Shown here one piece after another: positions 17,892 through 25,223 of a stretch of DNA of 64,000 nt. The translations under genes and the position numbers were made by a program. Below the pieces are notes generated by a model. It was not told the DNA's origin. It saw only the letters and a program-made list of their open reading frames with translations, and did not search any database. How positions within the stretch are numbered: position 1 is the stretch's first letter; each line of letters starts with the position of its first letter. Origin of the DNA: Candidatus Dormibacteria bacterium (GTDB lineage: Bacteria; Chloroflexota; Dormibacteria; Aeolococcales; Aeolococcaceae); the NCBI GenBank assembly GCA_050734155.1, contig JBOHUD010000100.1, positions 16,835 through 80,834 on the forward strand, written 5' to 3'.

Positions 17892-17977
17892 ATTTCATCA
17901 ATTCTGATGATGTGCCGGCCCCCAGTCGCTGCGCATGATCGCTTCAATCGGAACGGTGCCGCGGTGCACCGCTCACC
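17892..17977 (+). promoter_or_regulatory. conserved non-coding element, copy A (in the divergent spacer between the two two-component operons)
   Basis: My hand alignment of 17892-17977 with 23700-23785 gives 67/86 identical positions with no gaps. Two near-perfect blocks are present (ATTTCAnCnATTnTGATGATGTG and TGCGCATGATCGCTnCAATCnGAACGG), plus a 6-bp hairpin. Confidence 0.55.
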
Positions 17978-18071
17978 GCGAGGGCGAGCAGGGGATGGGG
18001 GTTCTGCACAGCTGCGAGACGGCCTGTCGCAGGCTGGCCCGCGCACCCGCAAAGACGCGGAAGCGAAGGCG

Positions 18072-18842
18072 GTGAGCGCGTTGTGGAGCTTGCGAGGCGC
18101 GCAGGGGACCATCCGGGAGTCCAGTGGGGGCACCGGCGGGATCCCGGCAGAGGCGGCGGCGGCGGTCTCGGTGCTGGTTGTCGAGGACCACGAGATGCTG
18201 GCGGAGACGCTGGTGCTCGGTCTCTTTGCCAGGGGGTTCGACTGCACCGTGGCCCAGCTCACCGGCCCCGAGACGGTGCTGACCCAGGCGGCGCGGTTGC
18301 GTCCCGCCGTGGTGCTGCTGGACCTGCAGCTGGGCGACACCGACGGCCTGGATCTGATCCCGGGGCTGCGGGCGCTCGGCGCCAGGATCCTGGTGGTCAC
18401 GGGATGCACCCATGAGCCCCGGGTGGCGGCGGCGCTGGCGCTGGGCGCCAGCGGGTGGGTGAGCAAGTCCGAGCCCTTTGAGCGCCTCCTCGAGGCCGCC
18501 GAATCCGTGGCACGCAACCGGCCGGTGCAGGACCGCGCGCGACACGAGGAGATGATCGAGCTGGGGGCGGATTGGCTGGAGACCACCCGCGAGGCGAGGC
18601 GGCGCATCGCGCAGCTCACCGCCCGCGAACGTGAGGTGCTCTGGGCGCTGTCCGAGGGGGAGAGCGCCGCGGACATCGCCAGGGCGCTGGTGGTGTCGCT
18701 GGGCACGGTGCGGTGCCACATCCAGGCGATCCTCGGCAAGCTCGACGTGTCCAGCCAGCTGGCGGCGGTTGCCTACGCCAGCTCGCTGCTCACCTCGGAT
18801 GGGCCTCCACGTCGCGATGGGCGGCTCGGAGGGCAGCGATGA
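18072..18842 (+). CDS. response regulator, NarL/LuxR family
   Basis: VLVVEDHEMLAETLVLGL...VVLLDLQLGDTDG...ILVVTG (REC) and LTAREREVLWALSEGESAADIARALVVSLGTVRCHIQAILGKLDV (LuxR HTH). The start is uncertain (GTG at 18072 or 18171). The track start at 17907 is rejected because it lies inside the conserved non-coding element. Confidence 0.82.
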   Translation: MSALWSLRGAQGTIRESSGGTGGIPAEAAAAVSVLVVEDHEMLAETLVLGLFARGFDCTVAQLTGPETVLTQAARLRPAVVLLDLQLGDTDGLDLIPGLRALGARILVVTGCTHEPRVAAALALGASGWVSKSEPFERLLEAAESVARNRPVQDRARHEEMIELGADWLETTREARRRIAQLTAREREVLWALSEGESAADIARALVVSLGTVRCHIQAILGKLDVSSQLAAVAYASSLLTSDGPPRRDGRLGGQR

Positions 18843-20440
18843 CGGTGCTGAGCGCCGTCAGGCTGCTCACGCGCTCCACCCCGGACTCGTATGCCGGCCC
18901 CGACCGGCGCACGATCATCGCCAAGCTCGCCAGCGAGAACACCCCCAGGGTGGTGGGGGGGATGCTGGCGGGGGTGGTCGTGCTGCCGCTGGTCGGGGTG
19001 GGCCTGTTCAGCATCGCACCCGGCCTGTCCGTGGCCGCCGCCTCCGTCGGCGCTGCGGATGCGGCCCTGGTGGCATTCCTGGCCACGGCTGTGATCCTTC
19101 TGCTTCGCTGGCGCCTGGTTGGTGCCGCGGCCAGCGCCCTGCTGTCGGTGGCGATGCTGTTGACGGGGCTGCTGTTGGTGCCGGCGACCCACTTCGGCGC
19201 AGCCGCGCCCAGCTACGCTGTCGCGCTGCACCTGACCTCGGTGGCGTTCATCCTCGCTGCCTGCATCGGCGCCGTCGCCCTCCCCGTGGTGGTCGCGGGT
19301 CTCCGCCCGACCCTGCTCATCGTGGCCGCGCTCGGTGGTGCGATCGTCGCGGCGGTGCCGCTGGCGCTCCTTCCATTTGCCGGGGTGCGGGTCGGGGGCG
19401 ACGGCATCACCGCGGCCTCGGCGATTGAGGGCCTCGGCTGTGCTGCGGTCGCGATCGCGCTGCTCAACGGTGGCGTTCGCAGCGGACGGGTGCTCCTCGC
19501 CGGGGCAGGTGTGGTGCTGCTGGCCATCGCGGGCGCCCACGCCACACCTCTGTCGTCGACCGGCGCGTGGAGCGCCCTGCCCTCACTGCTCCTGCTGGTC
19601 GGGGCTGTGGAGTTCCTGCTGCTCGCCGGCACCGACCTGAAGTCCACCCTCGATGTCGTGGTGCACCACGATGTGCGTGGCCGCCGCCGCTGGGTGGCCG
19701 CCGAGACCGAGCTGGATCGGGTTCGCCGGATCCACCGCGGCCGCAGTCACGACCTCACCAGCATGCTCGCCGCCATGGACGGGACGCTGCTCGTCCTCTC
19801 CCTCGAGCGCGGCACGCTCGACGCCGAGGAGCGCAGCCGGCTCATCGCTGCGGTTCGCGACCAGATCCAGCAGCTGCGCACCCTGCTGGCCGGGGACGGC
19901 GGCGCGGCGCGGCTCTATGACCTCGCCGACCTGCTCGGCGGCATCGTCGCCCTGCATGCGAACGGAGCTCAACGCGTGCACGCCGAGGTCGACCCGTCGC
20001 TGCCGATGCACGGCCACCCCGATCGGGTGATGCTGATCGTCAACAACCTTCTGGACAACACCACCGCCCATGCCCCGGGCGCCAGGGTCACCCTGCGCGC
20101 CGCCCGGGCGGCCAGCGCCGACGGCGACATGGTGGAGATCGCGGTCTCCGACGACGGCCCCGGGCTCGCAGACGCCGAGCTGGAGAGTGCCTTCGAGCCC
20201 GGCTGGCGGGGCAGCGCGGCCACCGCGGTGGCGGGGAGCGGGCTGGGGCTGGCGCAGTGCCGCGAGCTGGCCGAAGCCGAGGGAGGCCAGATAACCCTGG
20301 GCACCGCTGATCCCGCCGCCAGCCCAGGTCATCGGGGCTTGACGGCTCGGATCCTCATCCCGGTGGGGCCGGCCCGCCCGGCTCACGCGAAGATCGGCAA
20401 TTTTGCCGATGCCCTGCTCTCCCGGGGCAACTACAACTGA
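18839..20440 (+). CDS. multi-TM sensor histidine kinase, paralogue of 16147..17778
   Basis: The ATG at 18839 overlaps the regulator's TGA (ATGA). About 9 hydrophobic helices, then an H-box RIHRGRSHDLTSMLAAM, N box LLDNTTAHAP, G1 SDDGPGL and G2 GSGLGLAQCREL. Confidence 0.82.
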   Translation: MTVLSAVRLLTRSTPDSYAGPDRRTIIAKLASENTPRVVGGMLAGVVVLPLVGVGLFSIAPGLSVAAASVGAADAALVAFLATAVILLLRWRLVGAAASALLSVAMLLTGLLLVPATHFGAAAPSYAVALHLTSVAFILAACIGAVALPVVVAGLRPTLLIVAALGGAIVAAVPLALLPFAGVRVGGDGITAASAIEGLGCAAVAIALLNGGVRSGRVLLAGAGVVLLAIAGAHATPLSSTGAWSALPSLLLLVGAVEFLLLAGTDLKSTLDVVVHHDVRGRRRWVAAETELDRVRRIHRGRSHDLTSMLAAMDGTLLVLSLERGTLDAEERSRLIAAVRDQIQQLRTLLAGDGGAARLYDLADLLGGIVALHANGAQRVHAEVDPSLPMHGHPDRVMLIVNNLLDNTTAHAPGARVTLRAARAASADGDMVEIAVSDDGPGLADAELESAFEPGWRGSAATAVAGSGLGLAQCRELAEAEGGQITLGTADPAASPGHRGLTARILIPVGPARPAHAKIGNFADALLSRGNYN

Positions 20441-20539
20441 TCCATGTGCCGGTGCGGATGATTCCGTCCGGCTGAGGATATTTCCGCCCACCGGTCGGCA
20501 GGAAACCGAGACGGGGGCGGGCAAGAGAGGAGGTTCTCT

Positions 20540-21004
20540 ATGAGAATCGGGATTCGCAAGCTGCTGCTGCTCGGAGGCAGTGCGGCAGTACTATCGACGG
20601 CCGGGTTTGCCTACATGGCAACCAACACCGTCACTCCGAGCAATGCTGGTGTGGGTTCCGGCGTCGTGTCAGGGTACAGCGTTGATGTCCTCTCATACGG
20701 CAACGATCCCGCCGGCTGCTACGATGGGTCCAATGCATACTGCACGGGCAGCCAAGATCTGGCGACCGCCACATCGGTGACCGTCAAGTTGACCACGCAA
20801 AGCCCCGGCCAGAATGTGGCCCCGACTACGGTGTATGCGTACGCCATCGGCCCCGGTACCCAGATGCATGTGGGACACAGCAACCAGTGCACACCGGCCA
20901 ACACCTGGAACACCAGCACTGGCACGGGCGAGTTCACGTGCGTGTTCAACCCCGGGCTGGCGAAGGACCTGCTGGACCACGTCGCCATCGACGCTTCCCA
21001 GTAG
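20540..21004 (+). CDS. small secreted Cys-containing protein with SipW-like signal region (fibre-locus protein 1)
   Basis: Strong RBS AGAGAGGAGG 7 nt upstream. MRIGIRKLLLLGGSAAVLSTAGFAYMATNTVTPSN resembles the GGT-x-A-x-F-x-D SipW-dependent signal class. The mature part is beta-rich and Thr/Gly/Asn-rich, with 4 Cys. Confidence 0.7.
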   Translation: MRIGIRKLLLLGGSAAVLSTAGFAYMATNTVTPSNAGVGSGVVSGYSVDVLSYGNDPAGCYDGSNAYCTGSQDLATATSVTVKLTTQSPGQNVAPTTVYAYAIGPGTQMHVGHSNQCTPANTWNTSTGTGEFTCVFNPGLAKDLLDHVAIDASQ

Positions 21005-21050
21005 GCGGATCAGTCGGATAGGATTTGTACGCGAGTTGCCGGGCACGAGC

Positions 21051-21626
21051 ATGAGCACCTACCACGCTGATCTCGTGTCCCGGCGCTCGCGCGTCTCCCC
21101 CCGTCCGACGCGCCTCTTCTCGCTCGCCGCTCTGCGGCCGCGCCACTCCCGTATCCTCGCCGCGGTTGCAAGTGGCATCCTAGCCCTGGGCGCGTGGTCG
21201 CTCCTGGCGCCGCCCCAGCTTGGCGGTTCGACCTCGTTCGTCATAACGACGGGGATCAGCATGCTGCCGAACTTTCACGCCGGGGACGCCGTCCTGCTAC
21301 GCGCAGAGCAGCGCTACAGCGTCGGTGAGGTCGCCGGGTATCACAACGGTAATCTGAACGTCATCGTCATGCACCGCATCGTCGCCGTGCGCGGCGATCG
21401 CTATGTCTTCAAAGGCGACAACAACAACTGGGTGGACGGCTACGACCCGACGGCGGACCAGATCGTCGGCGTTGAGTGGGCGCACATGCCGAACCTCGGC
21501 AGTGTCCTCCTCTCGCTACGCACCCCCGCGATCGCCGCCTTCATCCTTGGAGCGCTCTGGCTTTTCATGTTCTGGCCGCGGTCGAGGTCGCGACGCCAGC
21601 GTAGGAGGCGACGGCATGCCCGCTGA
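21051..21626 (+). CDS. sipW: signal peptidase I, archaeal/ER (S26B, SipW) type, copy 1
   Basis: An N-terminal TM, then ITTGISMLPNFHAGDAVLL (catalytic Ser in the SM-x-P box), VIVMHRIVAV (catalytic His box), FKGDNNNWVD and a C-terminal TM. This is the SipW-like architecture, not the LepB type. Confidence 0.82.
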   Translation: MSTYHADLVSRRSRVSPRPTRLFSLAALRPRHSRILAAVASGILALGAWSLLAPPQLGGSTSFVITTGISMLPNFHAGDAVLLRAEQRYSVGEVAGYHNGNLNVIVMHRIVAVRGDRYVFKGDNNNWVDGYDPTADQIVGVEWAHMPNLGSVLLSLRTPAIAAFILGALWLFMFWPRSRSRRQRRRRRHAR

Positions 21627-22797
21627 TCAACAATTGGATCGACGGAGCTCTGGCAGAGCGCCCGGTGGCAGGCTCGACGTCGTCGTCGTCTGCGCGGTGT
21701 TGGCGATCTGCGCGGCCATCCTGGCGGGGGTCGCCTGGAGCCGCCCGACCACCGCGACCTCGAAGCTGACGTACACGCAGTCAGGGCAACTGGCATACAG
21801 TGCACCAGCGAGTCCGAAGTCTGTGTACGGGAGCGCCGGGGTGAGCACCGGCGAGCCGGTCTACGGCTCGGTGGTGCAGGCTCTCGCCCTCACCTATTCC
21901 TACCAACTCAGGGCCGATCTTCCAGCTGCTGTGAGCGGCACCGAGCAGCTGGTCGCCACCGTCAGCAACGGACAGGGACTGTCGCGCAGCATCCCGCTCC
22001 AGGCGACCGTGACGCCTTTCACCGGCCCGGTTTTCGCGGCCACGGCCAGACTGGACATGGCCGTGCTACGAGGCGTGGCGGCAGCCTTCGATCAGGTCGG
22101 GGGCAATGCCGGCACGGGCATGTACTCGGTCGCGATCGCCCCGTCCGTGAACATCAGCGGTCGGATCGGGTCCGCACGAGTGAATGCGTCGTTCGACGCG
22201 CCCATCGACTTCACCTACACCGCGGGCGACCTCCTCCCCGGAAGGGCGGGCGCCGCGCCGGGCTCTCAGGCGCAACCGAGTCTGGCCGCCAGCTCGAACG
22301 GCTCGGTGACTGTGCCCGCGGGCCAGGTCGCCACGCTCCTCTTCGGGCTCTCGGTGAGTGAAGTCCGAATCGCCTCCCTGGTGCTACTGCTCGTCGCGGT
22401 CCTGCTCGGGGGGATCGCCGGCTGGCCGGTGCTGCGTCAGGCCACCTCCGATGATGAGCCCGCGCGCATCGCTGCCCGGTACGGTTCTCTGATCGTCGAA
22501 GCCGAGGCGGTGGCTGCGCATTCGGGGGTGGTTGTGGTGGAGCTGGACTCGTTCGACGATCTGCTCCGGGTCGCGCGCCGCCTCGAGTGTCCGATCCTGC
22601 ACTGGGCGGAGGCGGGCGACATCTATGCCGTCGTCGACAGCGGCACGCTGTACCGCTCGCGGGATCGGCTACTCCCTGAGCCTGCGGTGCGCAGCCATCC
22701 CGCCAACCATTCCGGCGGGAACGGGAGTCAGGCCGGTCGGGACCACCTCTCGCGAATGTATCGTGAGGTACCGCGCCGCACGGCCAGGCGTCGGTGA
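21616..22797 (+). CDS. bitopic membrane protein (TM - about 300-aa extracytoplasmic beta-rich domain - TM - about 110-aa cytoplasmic domain), DUF5305-like
   Basis: ATG at 21616 follows GTAGGAGG and overlaps the peptidase gene by 11 nt. TM1 is VVVVCAVLAICAAILAGVAW and TM2 is IASLVLLLVAVLLGGIAGWPVL. The cytoplasmic tail is ...IAARYGSLIVEAEAV...VVELDSFDDLLRVARRLECPILH. The DUF5305 assignment is from memory of SipW-neighbourhood families and is unverified. Confidence 0.65.
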   Translation: MPADQQLDRRSSGRAPGGRLDVVVVCAVLAICAAILAGVAWSRPTTATSKLTYTQSGQLAYSAPASPKSVYGSAGVSTGEPVYGSVVQALALTYSYQLRADLPAAVSGTEQLVATVSNGQGLSRSIPLQATVTPFTGPVFAATARLDMAVLRGVAAAFDQVGGNAGTGMYSVAIAPSVNISGRIGSARVNASFDAPIDFTYTAGDLLPGRAGAAPGSQAQPSLAASSNGSVTVPAGQVATLLFGLSVSEVRIASLVLLLVAVLLGGIAGWPVLRQATSDDEPARIAARYGSLIVEAEAVAAHSGVVVVELDSFDDLLRVARRLECPILHWAEAGDIYAVVDSGTLYRSRDRLLPEPAVRSHPANHSGGNGSQAGRDHLSRMYREVPRRTARRR

Positions 22798-23534
22798 TGG
22801 CTGAAGGGGGTCGAGCGAGCATGGAGCACACTGCTGAGCCTCAGCAGAGCCGTCGACGACCTGGCGTGCTCGCCTGGGTCGCACTGGCCACCGGCGCGGC
22901 ACTGGTCGCGGGGATGGCGCTCACCTCGATCCTGGGGGCCACGCCCGGGTATGCCGCGTCCTCGTGCGACTCCTCAGGATCACCGGTCACGGTACATTAC
23001 GAGGCGGCTCCCGGAAGCTATCCCGGAGTCACCTTGGGCGTCGCGGTCTCCAGCGTCGACCTGTCGAACTTCCCAGCCGCGTGCAATGGCACGGCCGTCA
23101 AGCTCGAGGTGCGCGGCAACAGTGCCGGCGATCCGTCGATTGCACCGGCGGCCGATCGGTTGCTGAGCACCGCCGATTCGACTGTCAACCCCTGCACCCA
23201 GAAGCCGCTCCCCGCCCCGGGAGTGGTGACCAACGCCAGCATCTCTCTCTCGCTCTGTGCGTCAGGCGGGCCGGCCGGCTATTTCAGCGTGCACGACATC
23301 ACGTTGCTGAGCCTGTTCCTTGCGCAGGCGAGTGGCGGCGTCGCCGTGACCACCACCCCGAGCCCGAGCCCCAGCGCCAGTCCCACCGGCGGGGTGGCTG
23401 GAGTAAGCGTTGTGACGCCATCCACCGGGGGCGCCCTGCCGGTCACCACCGACCTGCTCGGGGTTGGCGTCGCGCTGATGCTCGTCGGGGGATTTGCGGT
23501 CGCGGCCGCTTGGTACCGGCGCCGCGCGGAGTAG
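22794..23534 (+). CDS. secreted surface protein with Thr/Pro/Ser linker and C-terminal sorting-signal-like anchor (LPVTT-TM-RRRAE)
   Basis: GTGATG overlap with the upstream stop. Signal peptide ...LVAGMALTSILGATPGYAAS, then TTTPSPSPSASPTGG. It ends GGALPVTTDLLGVGVALMLVGGFAVAAAWYRRRAE. Confidence 0.7.
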   Translation: MMAEGGRASMEHTAEPQQSRRRPGVLAWVALATGAALVAGMALTSILGATPGYAASSCDSSGSPVTVHYEAAPGSYPGVTLGVAVSSVDLSNFPAACNGTAVKLEVRGNSAGDPSIAPAADRLLSTADSTVNPCTQKPLPAPGVVTNASISLSLCASGGPAGYFSVHDITLLSLFLAQASGGVAVTTTPSPSPSASPTGGVAGVSVVTPSTGGALPVTTDLLGVGVALMLVGGFAVAAAWYRRRAE

Positions 23535-23699
23535 CGCCCAGGCTGCAGGGTCTGCTGTGGCGCATGGTGCCCGGCAGCAAGTGTCCTCGTCGCGACGGAT
23601 GCATCCGCCCGACTGACACGGGCAGGCGTAGTCTGCTGATGTGCGATCCACCACCCGCGGTGTTGCGGTGTTGAGGACTTTGGGAGCAAAGCTCTTCGT

Positions 23700-23785
23700 A
23701 TTTCACCGATTTTGATGATGTGACTGTCACGAGAAGGTGCGCATGATCGCTGCAATCAGAACGGCGCCGTGACGCGCCGCTCATC
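23700..23785 (+). promoter_or_regulatory. conserved non-coding element, copy B (leader/promoter region of the tasA-like gene)
   Basis: 78% identical, ungapped, to 17892-17977. It ends 52 nt upstream of the ATG at 23838. The ATG ATG that opens the track ORF in copy A is followed here by TGA, so the element is not protein-coding in that frame. Confidence 0.55.
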
Positions 23786-23837
23786 AGGAAGTGCAGCCGC
23801 AAGCGCGGCCATTGTCATGTAGGGGAGGAGACACTCG

Positions 23838-24566
23838 ATGAATCACAAGATCCTGAAGGCCAGCCTGGCCGGGGGCGCCTTCATCGCCCTGGTCGCCGGC
23901 GGCACCACCTTCGCGGCCTTTTCCGACTTCGGCAGCATCAACAACAACACCGTCGGTGCGGGCTTCCTCAAGCTCGACCTGAACGCCGGTACCGGCTCGG
24001 TGCCGCTCGACTTCGGCAACCTGGCGCCCAACAACATCCACTCGCAGCGCACGATCTGGGTGGCGAGTAACGACGGCAACTCCGTTCCGCCGGCGAATCT
24101 CACCCTCACCTTCCAGCACCTGAAGGAGATCCCTGGCCCGTGCAACACCAGCATGGGCAAGGCAGTCGCCGAACAGAGCATCAACAACGGCTGCGCCGAT
24201 CCAACCACCGGTAACCCGACGGTTGGCGTGCTCTCCAAGGTGCTGAACTTTCAGGTCGCGTACTACCCATCGATCACCGATCCACAGACCTGCCAGTCGT
24301 ATCTCTCGGGCCACTACCCTGCGTACAACTCGATCTTCGCGGATGCGCCTGGCGACATGACCACCAGTGCCGCCGGCGCCGGTACCCCGCACGTGCTGTA
24401 CCAGCAGGGCAGCACCACGGCACCGCTGGTTCTCCTGCCGGGCCAGGGCGTCTGCATCGGCATCGACACGTACTGGGGCAGCAATCAGGGCTTGGTCCCC
24501 GACAACGCGGCCCAGGGTGACTCGCTCACCTTCGATGCCCGTTTCGACCTGACCCAGGCTCCCTGA
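23838..24566 (+). CDS. tasA: TasA/camelysin-family fibre subunit (SipW-dependent signal peptide)
   Basis: RBS GGGGAGGAG. IALVAGGTTFAAFSDFGSINNNTVGAGFLKLDL...FGNLAPNN... and C-terminal AQGDSLTFDARFDLTQ parallel B. subtilis TasA (LALVGGGTWAAFNDIKS..ATFASGTLDLS..NLSNLKPGD..., ...QGNSIKLQFSFEATQ, recalled from memory). Confidence 0.85.
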   Translation: MNHKILKASLAGGAFIALVAGGTTFAAFSDFGSINNNTVGAGFLKLDLNAGTGSVPLDFGNLAPNNIHSQRTIWVASNDGNSVPPANLTLTFQHLKEIPGPCNTSMGKAVAEQSINNGCADPTTGNPTVGVLSKVLNFQVAYYPSITDPQTCQSYLSGHYPAYNSIFADAPGDMTTSAAGAGTPHVLYQQGSTTAPLVLLPGQGVCIGIDTYWGSNQGLVPDNAAQGDSLTFDARFDLTQAP

Positions 24567-24589
24567 GTCCTGTACTGATCCGCAACAAC

Positions 24590-24614
24590 GGGGCCGGCCA
24601 GATCGGCCGGCCCC
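24590..24614 (+). terminator. perfect 10-bp GC hairpin after the tasA-like gene (intrinsic terminator/attenuator candidate)
   Basis: GGGGCCGGCC-agatc-GGCCGGCCCC starts 24 nt after the stop codon. The downstream tract GCCTTGCGATTCC is only weakly T-rich, as is often the case in high-GC genomes. Confidence 0.5.
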
Positions 24615-24656
24615 GCCTTGCGATTCCACCGCATAGAGAAGAGGACGAGTGAGCAG

Positions 24657-25223
24657 ATGACCCGGCGTCTCGTCAAGGCGGCGACAACTGTCGTGATGAG
24701 CCTCCTGCTCGCGGCCATCATCGCCTCGCTGGTGCTGCTCACCGTCGTCCCCAGGGTGATGAACGGCGCCGCGCTCAACGTCCTCACCGGCAGCATGCGG
24801 CCGGGCATCCCCCCGGGATCGATCGTCATCGACAGGGCGGTGGACACCCGCACCCTGCAGGTCGGCGACATCGTCACCTACCAGGTGGCACCCGGCCGGG
24901 CGGAGTACATCACCCACCGGATCGTCGCCATCAACACCAACACCACCCCGGTGACCTTCACCACCAAGGGTGATGCCAACCGCGGCGCCGACGTGAATCC
25001 GGTCCCGGCCACCGCCATCCGCGGCGAGGTGGCGTTCCACCTGCCCTTCCTGGGCGCCATTCGCGACAGCATCCAGTCGGCCGGCGCGCGATCCACCGCC
25101 TTCGTCGCGGTCCTGGTCGGGCTCGGCCTGTATGCCATCTTCCAGCTGCTCAGCGCCCTGCGTGACCGGCGCCGGGCCACTCGCACCGGCAGCGGCATCG
25201 CGCCCGCGGGGGACGGCGCCTGA
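24657..25223 (+). CDS. sipW: signal peptidase I, archaeal/ER (S26B, SipW) type, copy 2
   Basis: MTRRLVKAATTVVMSLLLAAIIASLVLL (TM), NVLTGSMRPGIPPGSIVI (Ser box), EYITHRIVAI (His box), TKGDANRGAD and a C-terminal TM FVAVLVGLGLYAIFQLL. I prefer the ATG at 24657 to the track TTG at 24618, which abuts the hairpin. Confidence 0.82.
   Translation: MTRRLVKAATTVVMSLLLAAIIASLVLLTVVPRVMNGAALNVLTGSMRPGIPPGSIVIDRAVDTRTLQVGDIVTYQVAPGRAEYITHRIVAINTNTTPVTFTTKGDANRGADVNPVPATAIRGEVAFHLPFLGAIRDSIQSAGARSTAFVAVLVGLGLYAIFQLLSALRDRRRATRTGSGIAPAGDGA

Noticed and set aside
17907-18071. ATG ATG start of the response-regulator ORF at 17907
   Set aside because: This start lies inside the conserved non-coding element. 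In the second copy the same ATG ATG is followed immediately by TGA. The REC domain begins about 85 codons later.
20475-20510. TTTCC-n15-GGAAA inverted repeat with central ACCGGT upstream of the first fibre gene
   Set aside because: The arms and the inner palindrome do not share a symmetry centre, and the pairing is only 5 bp. It could be chance, so it is not reported as a site.
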